Positions 29,814 to 39,875 of a DNA stretch of 64,000 nucleotides are shown here, piece by piece. Location: positions 12,482 to 76,481 of the forward strand of contig CALVJO010000003.1 in NCBI GenBank assembly GCA_944332225.1, in the 5' to 3' direction. The stretch comes from an uncultured Bacilli bacterium. Lineage in GTDB: Bacteria > Bacillota_I > Bacilli_A > RFN20 > CAG-449. The stretch's first letter is position 1; the number at the start of each line of letters is the position of its first letter. Made by a program: the position numbers and the translations under genes. Below the pieces are notes generated by a model that made no database searches, was not told the origin of the DNA, and saw only the letters and a program-made list of their open reading frames with translations.

Positions 29814-30537
29814 AGGAGTGCTTTTTGACCTAGATGGAACAATTCTTAGATTAGATTATGATGAGTTTGCTAAAGTTTATGTTCCTTCGTTATTTAATTA
29901 CATCAATAAATATTATCCATTAAATATTACTTTAAAAGAATTCTTTCATTATTTATTGCAAGCTCAAAAAGATTTGTCTACCGATGAAAGAGATATTGAT
30001 TGCTATAGAAAGTTTTTCTTAAATTTTCAAAAATATGTAAACTTTGATTTAGATAAGATGATTGATGTTGTCACAAAATATTATGATTCTGATGAATATG
30101 ATTCTTTAAAGGAACTATGTCAAGGTAATCAAAATGTTTTAAAGGCTATCGATATCTTATTTAAAGAGGGTATAACATTAGTTATTGCGACTAATCCTGT
30201 GTTTCCAACAAATGGAATCTATAAAAAATTGATTTGGGCGGGAATCGATTTAAGTAAGATTAAATTTGTTACCTATGGAGAGAACTGTCGTTACATTAAA
30301 CCATCTTTAAAATATTATCAGGAGATAATTTCAACCTTAGGTATTGAAAATGAATCTCTTATGATGGTCGGTAACGACGTTGAAGAAGATATGGTAGCTG
30401 CAAAGCTAAATCTAAAAACCTATCTAATTAAAGATAATCTAATTTCTAGATTCCATAATGAAGCTTCCTTTATTAACCAGGGAAGCTCTGAGGAATTTTT
30501 AGAATTTATTAAGAGGAGAGAGTATGATAATTTGTGA
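29806..30537 (+). CDS. HAD-superfamily hydrolase
   Basis: Motif I VLFDLDGTIL, motif III/IV (GNDVEED). Confidence 0.7.
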   Translation: MIKGVLFDLDGTILRLDYDEFAKVYVPSLFNYINKYYPLNITLKEFFHYLLQAQKDLSTDERDIDCYRKFFLNFQKYVNFDLDKMIDVVTKYYDSDEYDSLKELCQGNQNVLKAIDILFKEGITLVIATNPVFPTNGIYKKLIWAGIDLSKIKFVTYGENCRYIKPSLKYYQEIISTLGIENESLMMVGNDVEEDMVAAKLNLKTYLIKDNLISRFHNEASFINQGSSEEFLEFIKRREYDNL

Positions 30538-31408
30538 ACCTACATTTTCTGAAATAGCGGATAATCGTCTATTTCAAAAAGTCGAGCGCTGCGGGAGAGT
30601 ATGCTATAAATCTGAAGATAAAATAACAGACGATTCTGCCTATAAGTTTGTTAAGAATATTTGCTCGAATAATCATGGCTCAGTTTTAGAGCATTATAAT
30701 TTTACTTTTAGTTTAGAAATTCCCTTTTATCATATTTTAAAAGAGGTGGATATTCCTTTTTTCTTCTTATCATATGATAACTTACCTTTGGTATCCTTTA
30801 ATCTAAGAGCCTTTTTAAATCAATATAACAGGGAAGATTTTCCTTCTGAATTAAAGACTTTTGCCTATTTTATGGAAGTTACTTATCCAACTTTGTTCAC
30901 CTTAAATAAGGGAGAGAAAGAATTTAATATTGAACTAATCGAAGATTATTCAAAATTAACTAGAAAAGAAAGAGATATCCATCAATACATCACCATCTCT
31001 TTGATTACTGATAGAGGAGTAACTCATGAATTAGTGAGACATAGAATCGCTTCTTATTCTCAAGAGTCTACTCGCTACTGTAACTATTCTAAAGATAAGT
31101 TTTCTAATCAGATAACGGTGATTAAACCAGTTGACTTACCTGAAGATGGGTTAGAGATTTGGAAGCAAGCTATGGAAAATGCTGAAAAATCATATTTTGA
31201 GCTATTAAAAGTTTCTTCGCCTCAAATCGCTAGAAGCGTTCTTCCTAATTCTTTGAAGACTGAAATCTGCGTCACCGCGTCGATCAATGAATGGAAACTG
31301 ATCTTTGAACTACGTTGCTCATCATTTGCTCACCCTGACATTCGTTACATAATGAATAAAGTAAAATCATATTTTATAGAGAAAGGTTACATCGATGAAA
31401 CTATCTAA
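30524..31408 (+). CDS. thyX: Flavin-dependent thymidylate synthase
   Basis: ThyX signature RHRIASYSQESTRY (RHRX7S). Confidence 0.85.
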   Translation: MIICEPTFSEIADNRLFQKVERCGRVCYKSEDKITDDSAYKFVKNICSNNHGSVLEHYNFTFSLEIPFYHILKEVDIPFFFLSYDNLPLVSFNLRAFLNQYNREDFPSELKTFAYFMEVTYPTLFTLNKGEKEFNIELIEDYSKLTRKERDIHQYITISLITDRGVTHELVRHRIASYSQESTRYCNYSKDKFSNQITVIKPVDLPEDGLEIWKQAMENAEKSYFELLKVSSPQIARSVLPNSLKTEICVTASINEWKLIFELRCSSFAHPDIRYIMNKVKSYFIEKGYIDETI

Positions 31409-31892
31409 GCATTATTTAACATCGCCTCAGATTCAAAAATTAGATTTTGAATTTACAATAAGTGAAGAAGACATTAAAAAAAGTGATCTAATAGTCTCTT
31501 CGGAGCCTTTACATGTATATATTACTTCTCAATATATATCTTTATTAACTATTCTAAAAATAAAGGTGACGGGAAATCTCATCTTAAAATCAACTAGAAC
31601 GTTAAAAGATGTTCCTTATAAATTAGACTTAGATGATGATTTCACGATTAGCTATGAATCTAACGATGATGATATTTACGTTTTAGAAGGTGATGAATTT
31701 GATTTAGATGAATATCTTACTTCTTTAATTCTATCATCTCTACCGATTCAAGTTATCGGAGAAAATGATGATGAATCCTTAAAAGGAGATGGATGGGAAA
31801 TAATATCAGAAGAAGAGTATTATAACCGATTCAAAAATGATTCACCTTTTAAAGATCTATCATTAGAATTTGACGACGATCAAGAAAACTAA
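31395..31892 (+). CDS. Acidic DUF177/YceD-family protein (large-subunit rRNA accumulation protein-like), lacking Cys cluster
   Basis: KSTRTLKDVPYKLDLDDDF and DLDEYLTSLILSSLPIQVIGE resemble YlbN/YceD core segments. No cysteines. Confidence 0.5.
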   Translation: MKLSKHYLTSPQIQKLDFEFTISEEDIKKSDLIVSSEPLHVYITSQYISLLTILKIKVTGNLILKSTRTLKDVPYKLDLDDDFTISYESNDDDIYVLEGDEFDLDEYLTSLILSSLPIQVIGENDDESLKGDGWEIISEEEYYNRFKNDSPFKDLSLEFDDDQEN

Positions 31893-31934
31893 TAATTGAA
31901 TAATTTTTAAAATTCATTTATTTAATTAAAATTT

Positions 31935-31962
31935 ATCTAGCTCGAAAGGGCTAGATTTTTTG
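31935..31962 (+). terminator. Intrinsic terminator
   Basis: ATCTAGC-TCGAAAGG-GCTAGAT hairpin followed by TTTTTTGCTTTTT. Confidence 0.65.
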
Positions 31963-32012
31963 CTTTTTGGAGCTAAATTGTAAAAATTGACCATATTTTT
32001 TTAAAAAACGAT

Positions 32013-32040
32013 TGCCAAGGGGTAGGTTGGTGGTATAATT
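32013..32040 (+). promoter_or_regulatory. Sigma-A-type promoter for mraZ operon
   Basis: TTGCCA, 16-nt spacer, TATAAT, ~20 nt upstream of mraZ. GC-rich surroundings (GGGGTAGGTTGGTGG) resemble MraZ operator repeats. Confidence 0.45.
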
Positions 32041-32060
32041 AGGGCATCTGGTGGGAGGCA

Positions 32061-32513
32061 GTGGTAATGCAAATATTTTACGGAACCTACGTGTACCGAC
32101 TCGATGAAAAATCTCGCTTCGTTTTACCTCAGAAGATGCGCGATGCCATCGGCAGCAAATGTTACATTACCAAAGGCTTTGATAATTGCCTTTGTCTTTA
32201 CCCAGAAGAAACCTTTGTTGCTCTAAGCGAAAAGAACTCTCGACTCAACGACTTAATTCCAGAAGAAAGAAATTACAAAAGAACTTTCTTCGGTAGTTCC
32301 TCAGACTACACCTTGGATAAAGTTGGAAGAATCACCCTATCGAAGGATCATCTCCAACGGGCTAACATCGATAAAGATGTAGTGATAGTTGGAAACTTCG
32401 ACCACATCGAGATTTGGAGCAAAGACACTTACGACAAAATTTCTCTAAGCGATGATGAAAGCTATGAAGCCAACGCGAAGATCATCGGCGAGAAGAAGGA
32501 GAAAAATGTATAG
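32061..32513 (+). CDS. mraZ: Transcriptional regulator MraZ
   Basis: Two MraZ repeats (GTYVYRLDEKSRFVLP / VGRITLSKDHLQRANI). Precedes rsmH. Confidence 0.8.
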   Translation: MVMQIFYGTYVYRLDEKSRFVLPQKMRDAIGSKCYITKGFDNCLCLYPEETFVALSEKNSRLNDLIPEERNYKRTFFGSSSDYTLDKVGRITLSKDHLQRANIDKDVVIVGNFDHIEIWSKDTYDKISLSDDESYEANAKIIGEKKEKNV

Positions 32514-33441
32514 CCACGTCCCTGTACTCCTTGAAGAGACGATAGCTAACCTCAAGATTAACCCAAGCGGCATATACGTTGATGCTACGTTAGGACGAGG
32601 AGGCCATTCCTCGAGAATCCTGTCGCTTCTTGAAAACGGATTTCTCTACTGCTTCGATGTCGATAATCAAGCAATCAAAGATTCTGAGACGGTGCTGGCC
32701 AGCATTTCGAACCGTTTCGAAATCATCCATGAAAACTTCAGAAATTTAAAATCTGCATTAAGAGAAAGAAATGTCAATAAAGTCAATGGCTTCTTATTCG
32801 ATTTAGGAGTAAGTTCAGCTCAGTTTGACGAAGGTGATCGGGGATTTTCATATCGATACGACGCAAGATTAGATATGAGAATGAACCAAGAATCTAAATT
32901 AACAGCTTACGATGTTATTAACTTTTATTCAAAAGAGGATCTTAAAAGAATCTTCCTAGAATATGGCGAAGAGAAATATGCTTCTCAAATCGCCTCTTCT
33001 ATCGTAGGGAGAAGGCAAAGCAAACCGATTGAGACTACGTTTGAGCTCGTAGACATCATTAAATCTAGTCTTCCTTTCAAAGAATTACGTAAGAAAGGTC
33101 ATCCAGCTAAACAAGTATTCCAAGCCATTCGCATTGAAGTGAATGACGAGTTGAATGCTTTAAAAGATGGATTAGAAGACGCGATTAATATGTTAGAAAG
33201 AGGCGGACGTATCGCAGTTATAACTTTCCATTCCCTCGAGGACCGAATAGTTAAAAATCTATTCAAAAAGTATACTTATCCAGGCGAAGGGTCACGTACC
33301 TTGCCCCTAGAAATGAAACAAGTTGACTACATATTGGTTAACAAAAAAGTCATCTTGCCTAGTCCTAATGAGATAGAAGCTAACCCAAGAAGTCAAAGTG
33401 CAAAACTCAGAGTGATAGAAAGGAAGATGTATGAAGAATAA
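32506..33441 (+). CDS. rsmH: 16S rRNA m4C1402 methyltransferase RsmH (MraW)
   Basis: HVPVLL, DATLGRGGHS, FDLGVSS, ITFHSLEDR motifs. ATG at 32506 overlaps the mraZ stop, so the ORF-track start at 32452 is too early. Confidence 0.9.
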   Translation: MYSHVPVLLEETIANLKINPSGIYVDATLGRGGHSSRILSLLENGFLYCFDVDNQAIKDSETVLASISNRFEIIHENFRNLKSALRERNVNKVNGFLFDLGVSSAQFDEGDRGFSYRYDARLDMRMNQESKLTAYDVINFYSKEDLKRIFLEYGEEKYASQIASSIVGRRQSKPIETTFELVDIIKSSLPFKELRKKGHPAKQVFQAIRIEVNDELNALKDGLEDAINMLERGGRIAVITFHSLEDRIVKNLFKKYTYPGEGSRTLPLEMKQVDYILVNKKVILPSPNEIEANPRSQSAKLRVIERKMYEE

Positions 33442-33649
33442 ATTGATCAAATTCAACAAAACTAAATTCGATTACATTTGCTTCCAACTCGGGGTTTATG
33501 GTCTACTTATCTTTATCCTAATTACCTTCTTGATGGTTATCTGCTTGTTGGAAGCGGCAAAAACTGACACATATCAATTAGTTCAACTAGACACCATTTC
33601 TAAGACGAACCAAGTATCAGGTTGTTTAGGCGATAGAACTATCTATTAA
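33431..33649 (+). CDS. Small single-TM protein, possible FtsL-like division protein
   Basis: 72 aa with one TM (LGVYGLLIFILITFLMVICLL), at the position FtsL occupies after rsmH. Confidence 0.35.
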   Translation: MKNKLIKFNKTKFDYICFQLGVYGLLIFILITFLMVICLLEAAKTDTYQLVQLDTISKTNQVSGCLGDRTIY

Positions 33650-33667
33650 AAGAGAGGGGGTATTTCC

Positions 33668-33874
33668 ATGTCTAAAGTTGTAAAGATCATGGTTTCGATC
33701 GATGTTATCTTGTTAGCCTTGTTTATCGGCTACATCTTAATTCGAGCGTTCGTACCAAATGAAATATCATTGCCTCATTATTTACCTTACCTAATCTACA
33801 CCTTAATTGTCTTAACCTTATCAGCAGGGTTATATATATTAGATAGTAAGGTGGGGAAAAAAATATTTGACTAA
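33668..33874 (+). CDS. Small two-TM membrane protein
   Basis: 68-aa ORF with two hydrophobic helices and an SD (GAGAGGGGG). Confidence 0.3.
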   Translation: MSKVVKIMVSIDVILLALFIGYILIRAFVPNEISLPHYLPYLIYTLIVLTLSAGLYILDSKVGKKIFD

Positions 33875-33900
33875 AGTTTGCTCGATTGCAAACTTTTTTC
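33873..33900 (+). terminator. Intrinsic terminator
   Basis: AAAGTTTGC-TCGATT-GCAAACTTT perfect 9-bp stem followed by TTTTTTC. Confidence 0.7.
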
Positions 33901-33965
33901 TTTGATGGACGAATAATTAAAGTGAAATATTTATATTTATAAGCAGGGGAAATTATTGTAAAATT

Positions 33966-36512
33966 ATGAATATGGAAAAGACTCAATCAGCGAAGAAAAC
34001 TGTTATTAGAAGGTTAATTGGTTTAGGAGAAATCGCTTTAGCCATTTTAATAATTTATCTTGGTTTTTTAAGATTCGTTTTTGCTTATCTTTTCGGATGT
34101 TTATTTTTCTTAGTTTCCCTTTTCTTGCTTATCGATGGAGTCAACGCCTTAATCGTTCGTAAAAAGATTAAAATTATCTCTTTAACTGGAGCAATTTTAG
34201 TTTTTTTAGGGATTGTTATCTTGATATCATCTCCTAATAAATTAGAGCTAACGAATTTCTTTTCTAATTATCAGAATACGGTTAGTCTAGGAAATCAAAA
34301 TTTATCTTTTAGCTTTGAATTTATTTTTCAAAATCTTTATGGAGGTTTCGTTGGAGAATTTTTAGCAGCTTTACTCAATACTGTTTTTGGTAACTTAGCT
34401 ACGATTATAATCGGATCGATTTTATCATTTATCGGTTTTGTTCTTCTAATTTTAAATGCCTTTATCGATATTTATAAAAATTATAAGACCATCGATTTTG
34501 ATAAGATTAAAAGTCAAAAGAAAAAATCGGATGGCGAGATTAAAAATGATAGTTCTTTAAATGAGAAAAAAATAATTGAAACAGAAGAAAAAGAAAAAGT
34601 TAAAGATTTAAATTTAACTAATTTTGAAAATGAAATTGAGGCGTACGCTCCTAAAAAGAAAACCATAAATGAACCTATTTTAAATGATAGCAAAGCGAAT
34701 AATGAAGATACTCAAACTATTATTAAACCGTATACACAAGATTACTTTGAAGAAGTAGAACAAGATATTAAATCTAATGAATCGCTTAAAAACGATAATA
34801 TTGTCTCTCCATCTTCTCAAGATGATAATTCTCTCTATTCATCAAGAAAAGTAGCTCAAAATTCATATACCTTCACTGATTCTGATCAAAAAGATGTCTT
34901 TGATAAAATTGAGGAAGAAAATGTTATAAGAAGCAAAGAACGTCAAGAAAAAAATCAAAGACGATATGTCGATACCTTTAAAGATGATAAATTTTCTTCT
35001 TTCTTCTCAAATAAAGAAAAAGAAAATATTCAAGAACAAGCTGAAGAAGATTATTCTTCTTTACCATATGTTTTCCCATCTTTAGATCTTTTAAAAGATC
35101 GTCAAGTTACCACGAATCTTGCCGATAAGATTCAAACCGCGGATGAAAGAGCTAAAAAGATTAATGAATGCTTCCGTGATTTCCATATTGGAGCGATGGT
35201 AGTTTCCTATACGATTGGTCCATCGGTAACTAGATTTGATGTAAAACTTAATTCTAATGTTAAAACCTCAGTATTAAATAATTTAGAAACTGATTTAGGA
35301 GTTAGGCTTGAAGGAAATAAGACAGTTAGAATCGAAACCATCGTTGAAGGAAAAGACACCTGCGGAATTGAAGTTGGAAATAAAGTCTCAGATATCGTCT
35401 CTTTTAAAGATTGCATGCGAGCATTAGAATCTAATACCAAAGATAGATTGCTCTTCCCAGTTGGTAAAGATATCTCAGGCAATGTCATAATCGGAAAGCT
35501 CGATGATATGCCTCACTTATTAATCGCGGGAACCACGAACTCAGGTAAATCTATTTTTATCCATAATATCATCATGTCTCTTATCATGCGTAATAAGCCT
35601 GATGAGCTTAAATTAATGCTTCTTGATCCAAAGAAGGTAGAATTCGTTAAATATAATGAATTACCTCATCTTCTCTGCCCGATTGTTACCACGACTGAAC
35701 AAGGTAAAATCGCTTTAAAAACCTTAGTTCAAGAGATGGAAGATCGCTTTGACATGTTTGCTTTAAGAGGTGAAGGGGCAACATCGTATAAAGAATATTT
35801 AGAAGTATGCGAAGAACGCGGTTATAAAAAGATTCCATACATCGTTTTAATTATCGATGAGTTCGCTGATTTCATGGCAGAAGGAGATAAGGAGACTGCA
35901 AAATATATTCAAAGAATCGCCCAAAAGGCTAGAGCCTGCGGAATCTATATGATAATTGCTACTCAAAGACCATCTGCGAAAGTTATTACAGGTGAAATTA
36001 AAGCAAATATTCCTTCACGAGTTGCCCTTAGCGTCTCTCAAGCTCTTGAATCTAGAATCATCATCGATGAAGATGGCGCGGAGAACTTAGTAGGTAAGGG
36101 TGACTTACTTGCAAAACTCCCAACTTCTAAATCATTAATTAGAGCTCAATCAGCCTTCGTTGATTCAAAAGAGATCTATCAGGTGGTTCAGCATATTAAA
36201 AAATATGCAAAAGTTCATTACGACCCAAAATTTAATCTAGATATTAAAACTCCTTCAACTGGAACTTTAACAAATGATAATCGTTCATTTAGAGATGATG
36301 AATTATATGAGCAAGTTAAGACTTATGTTCTAGAAACTGGAAAATGCTCATCAACTAAGATCCAAAATGCCTTTAAAATAGGTTTTCCTCGCGCGGATGG
36401 AATTCTTGAAGCCCTTGAAGAAGATGGTATAATTAAAAAGGAAAATAATCATCGAGTGTTAGCGGATGAATATCGATTAGATTACGATGATTTCGATGAT
36501 GATGAGGAATAG
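33966..36512 (+). CDS. ftsK: DNA translocase FtsK/SpoIIIE
   Basis: 4 N-terminal TM helices, long linker, Walker A LIAGTTNSGKS, Walker B IIDEFADFMA, C-terminal gamma winged helix (GKCSSTKIQNAFKIGFPRADGILEALEEDGII). Confidence 0.9.
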   Translation: MNMEKTQSAKKTVIRRLIGLGEIALAILIIYLGFLRFVFAYLFGCLFFLVSLFLLIDGVNALIVRKKIKIISLTGAILVFLGIVILISSPNKLELTNFFSNYQNTVSLGNQNLSFSFEFIFQNLYGGFVGEFLAALLNTVFGNLATIIIGSILSFIGFVLLILNAFIDIYKNYKTIDFDKIKSQKKKSDGEIKNDSSLNEKKIIETEEKEKVKDLNLTNFENEIEAYAPKKKTINEPILNDSKANNEDTQTIIKPYTQDYFEEVEQDIKSNESLKNDNIVSPSSQDDNSLYSSRKVAQNSYTFTDSDQKDVFDKIEEENVIRSKERQEKNQRRYVDTFKDDKFSSFFSNKEKENIQEQAEEDYSSLPYVFPSLDLLKDRQVTTNLADKIQTADERAKKINECFRDFHIGAMVVSYTIGPSVTRFDVKLNSNVKTSVLNNLETDLGVRLEGNKTVRIETIVEGKDTCGIEVGNKVSDIVSFKDCMRALESNTKDRLLFPVGKDISGNVIIGKLDDMPHLLIAGTTNSGKSIFIHNIIMSLIMRNKPDELKLMLLDPKKVEFVKYNELPHLLCPIVTTTEQGKIALKTLVQEMEDRFDMFALRGEGATSYKEYLEVCEERGYKKIPYIVLIIDEFADFMAEGDKETAKYIQRIAQKARACGIYMIIATQRPSAKVITGEIKANIPSRVALSVSQALESRIIIDEDGAENLVGKGDLLAKLPTSKSLIRAQSAFVDSKEIYQVVQHIKKYAKVHYDPKFNLDIKTPSTGTLTNDNRSFRDDELYEQVKTYVLETGKCSSTKIQNAFKIGFPRADGILEALEEDGIIKKENNHRVLADEYRLDYDDFDDDEE

Positions 36513-36513
36513 T

Positions 36514-38667
36514 ATGACATTTGACGAAATATTTAATGCGACTTTATTAAAAGATAACAATATCGAGGTGCATGTCCATAAGGCTTACAACTCTAATTTT
36601 GCTAAAAATTTTTATCTTTACTGCGATGAGATTCGACTTTGCGAATTAAAGATATTAGATGCAAGAGAGACTGGACATCATTTTCATTATGTTTTAGGTG
36701 ACGTGCCTTCTTTAAATATCGGCTCGGAATATAAGATTTATGATGATAGATTCCTATTTTGCTTCTTAGATATGCGAGTCTTGATGAGAAATGAAAAAAT
36801 CGCCTCACTTTTTTATTGTGATGATGTGATGGGAGCAAATTATCATAAATATTATACAACTTTTAGATTATTTTCTCCTTTAGCTACCTCAGCTTTCTGC
36901 GTCTACACCTTAGAAGGAAAAGAGCACATTTTAACTTTAGAGAAGAATCCTGATAATGGAGTGTTTCAAGGAAGAGCTCCAGGAGACTTAGGAAAATCTA
37001 ATTATTACTTTATCGTTAGAATCAATGGAAAATTAATTATGGCTGATGATCCTTACGCGAAAGCGGTGACTTCTCAATCTTCTTGCTCGGTGGTCGTTGA
37101 TGATCGAAAGACGTATATTGATTTAAATGAGGATAAGCTTCCGACTTTAAAATCTCCTACCGATGCGATTATCTATGAGATGTCAATTCGTGACATGACT
37201 TCATTTAAAGGTACATCCATCGTTCATAAAGGACAATATTTAGGATTAACTCAACCTTCTTCAAAAACTAAGAACAATAATCCTGTTGGACTTGATTATT
37301 TAAGATATCTAGGAGTAACCCATGTTCAACTTATGCCGACTTATGATTTTAATACCGGCTCTGATATTTATCCTAATGAAGCCTATAACTGGGGTTATGA
37401 TCCTTTATTTTATAACGTACCTGAAGGATCATATTCTTCAGATTCAAAAGATCCTTATGCAAGAATCATAGAAATGAAGAAGATGGTTGCCTCTTTCCAT
37501 AAAGCTGGAATTAGAGTAGTTATGGATGTGGTGTTTAACCATGTCTTTAACATGGAATCATCGTCTTTTGAGAAAATTTGCCCTTCATATTATTTTAGAT
37601 ACAATGAAAACGGAAGTTTATCTAATGGTTCCTTCTGCGGAAATGAATTTAATTCATCCTTCCCGATGGCAAGAAAGTTCATTGTTGATTCCTGTTTATA
37701 TTGGGTAAAAGAATATGGTATAGATGGTTTTAGATTTGATTTGATGGGTCTTATAGATATTGATACCATCAATGAAGTTAAAACTAAATGCCGTCAGATT
37801 AAAAAGGATTTCTTAATCTACGGAGAAGGATGGGATATGCCTACTGTCTTACCTTCATCGATGCGGAGCAATTCAAATAATTCTCAAAAGCTTCCTCATG
37901 TCGGCTTCTTTAATGATAGATTCCGTGACACAGTTAAAGGTAAATCGTCTGATTATGAGCTTTGGGTAAAAGGCTATCTCCTTGGAGATACTAACTATAT
38001 TGATGGGTTTAAGCATTGTTTCTTATCTTCATCTTTACCAGTTTCCTTCCCTCCAATGTTCCAATCTCCTGATCAATCGATTAACTTTGTAGAATGTCAT
38101 GATAACGCGACTGTCTATGATAAATTAGAAGTATCTAATTCCTATGAATCAGAAGAGATCAAACTTAAAAGAATTCGCTTGTTAAACGCCGCGGTTATCT
38201 TATCTTATGGAATTCCATTCCTTCACATGGGTCAAGAGCTAGGACATTCTAAAAAAGGAATATATAACTCTTATAACTCTGGGGATGAGATCAATCAGTT
38301 TAACTATGATTTATTGGATCAAAGAATCAATGAGGCAAAGTTTGTTAAAGATTTAATCTTTGTAAAAAAAGCTTTCAACTGCTTTAGATTATCATCAAAA
38401 GAAGCGATTAAACAGACAGTTTCCTTTAAAGATTTACCATATGGAGCCATTGCTATATCGTATGTAGGTGAAAAAGTTGAACCTTGCAAAGAGATGATAA
38501 TCATCTTTAATCCAACTAATTCATCATTCGATCTTGAGCTAAATGCTGAATTTAGCTTAGTTATGGATATTAATGGATTCGTAACTGATGATACGAAGAA
38601 GAGAAAATATCATATCGATGGTATCTCTTTCTATATCTTAAAATCAGTATTAGAAAAAAATGACTAA
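36514..38667 (+). CDS. Type I pullulanase / GH13 debranching enzyme (cytoplasmic)
   Basis: GH13 regions VMDVVFNH, GIDGFRFDLMG, YGEGWD, ECHDN. No signal peptide. ATG at 36514 lies just after the ftsK stop. Confidence 0.8.
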   Translation: MTFDEIFNATLLKDNNIEVHVHKAYNSNFAKNFYLYCDEIRLCELKILDARETGHHFHYVLGDVPSLNIGSEYKIYDDRFLFCFLDMRVLMRNEKIASLFYCDDVMGANYHKYYTTFRLFSPLATSAFCVYTLEGKEHILTLEKNPDNGVFQGRAPGDLGKSNYYFIVRINGKLIMADDPYAKAVTSQSSCSVVVDDRKTYIDLNEDKLPTLKSPTDAIIYEMSIRDMTSFKGTSIVHKGQYLGLTQPSSKTKNNNPVGLDYLRYLGVTHVQLMPTYDFNTGSDIYPNEAYNWGYDPLFYNVPEGSYSSDSKDPYARIIEMKKMVASFHKAGIRVVMDVVFNHVFNMESSSFEKICPSYYFRYNENGSLSNGSFCGNEFNSSFPMARKFIVDSCLYWVKEYGIDGFRFDLMGLIDIDTINEVKTKCRQIKKDFLIYGEGWDMPTVLPSSMRSNSNNSQKLPHVGFFNDRFRDTVKGKSSDYELWVKGYLLGDTNYIDGFKHCFLSSSLPVSFPPMFQSPDQSINFVECHDNATVYDKLEVSNSYESEEIKLKRIRLLNAAVILSYGIPFLHMGQELGHSKKGIYNSYNSGDEINQFNYDLLDQRINEAKFVKDLIFVKKAFNCFRLSSKEAIKQTVSFKDLPYGAIAISYVGEKVEPCKEMIIIFNPTNSSFDLELNAEFSLVMDINGFVTDDTKKRKYHIDGISFYILKSVLEKND

Positions 38668-38754
38668 CTTTTAGAATGATTATAGATTCATTTAAAACCC
38701 ATCTTGGATTTAGCTTTATCTAACTATGATAAAATTATCTAAAAGGGGGTAAAA

Positions 38755-39051
38755 ATGATAAATCATATCTCATTAAATGGCATCCTTAGACAGGTCGACG
38801 AAAAAAACAATATTCGTTATGTTGAGGTGGTTCGTTCCTATAAAAATGAACAAGGAATCTATCCATCAGACTTCTTCAAGGTGATGATGTGGTCACGAAA
38901 TGTGAACAATAAATTGTTCTCGTATAAAGAAGGGACGTTAGTCTCAATTGATGGAAGATTAGAAAATATTAATCAAGAGACGGTAATCGTCTGCGAATCG
39001 TTGATGTATATCGTTTCTAATGAAGTAGATTTTAATAAAAAAACTACTTAA
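38755..39051 (+). CDS. Short SSB-like OB-fold protein lacking the acidic C-terminal tail
   Basis: Pattern ISLNGILRQVDE...DFFKVMMWSRNVNN...KEGTLVSIDGRLEN follows the SSB OB-fold consensus (N.V.L.G.L..DPE / DFF.V..W / KG..V.V.GRL). Only 98 aa. Confidence 0.5.
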   Translation: MINHISLNGILRQVDEKNNIRYVEVVRSYKNEQGIYPSDFFKVMMWSRNVNNKLFSYKEGTLVSIDGRLENINQETVIVCESLMYIVSNEVDFNKKTT

Positions 39052-39061
39052 TGGAGGTAAA

Positions 39062-39817
39062 ATGAATAAATATCTAGGTTATTTAGTCCGCGCGGTTCCT
39101 TATTTGATCTATAAATATCCTGCAATCTATCGGGCAAGTAAACAAAAAGGATCGAGAGTTAAACGTTATAATGATATGCGTTCAATCATTAAAAAAGTTT
39201 TAGATAAACTTAATGTTGAAATCATCTTAACAGGATTAAAGACTCTGCCGACTGAACCTTCTTATTTATTGACTCCTAACCATCAATCTTTCATGGATGC
39301 TTTGTGTTTAATTGCTATCTCTAATCAAGTTACGACATTTGTAGCTAAGGAAGAAGCAAAAAAATATATCTATGTAAATAAAATTATCAAAGCCATTGAA
39401 GGAGAATATATCGATAGAGAAAATCTCCGTCAAGAAATTAAGGTGATGCAAAGAATTCGTTCTTCTTTGATAAGCGAAAATAAAAAATGGGTTATCTTCC
39501 CAGAAGGCACGCGTTCAAAAGATAAAGATTATAAGCTTGGAGAATTTAAAGCCGGATCTTTTAAGATGGCAGTTCAAGCTGGAGTAGATATTTACCCAGT
39601 TAGCATGTATGGCTCATTTAGAATCCTAGACATCAAGGAAAATTCATTAAATAAACAGCCGGTTTTTATTCATATTTTTGAACCGATAAAGAAGGAACAG
39701 TATCAAAATATGACTACAGTTGAGCTTTCTGAGATGGTAAAAAATATGATTGAAAACAAGCAGGAAGACCTTAAGGAATTAGATAGGGATTTTATTGCGA
39801 AAAATCGTAAAAAATAA
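39062..39817 (+). CDS. plsC: 1-acyl-sn-glycerol-3-phosphate acyltransferase
   Basis: Acyltransferase motifs NHQSFMDA (HX4D), FPEGTRS. Confidence 0.8.
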   Translation: MNKYLGYLVRAVPYLIYKYPAIYRASKQKGSRVKRYNDMRSIIKKVLDKLNVEIILTGLKTLPTEPSYLLTPNHQSFMDALCLIAISNQVTTFVAKEEAKKYIYVNKIIKAIEGEYIDRENLRQEIKVMQRIRSSLISENKKWVIFPEGTRSKDKDYKLGEFKAGSFKMAVQAGVDIYPVSMYGSFRILDIKENSLNKQPVFIHIFEPIKKEQYQNMTTVELSEMVKNMIENKQEDLKELDRDFIAKNRKK

Positions 39818-39875
39818 CGTTGCTTATATAAATGAAAGGGTTTTTATTATAAAATAAAATCAATAGGAGAAGGGC

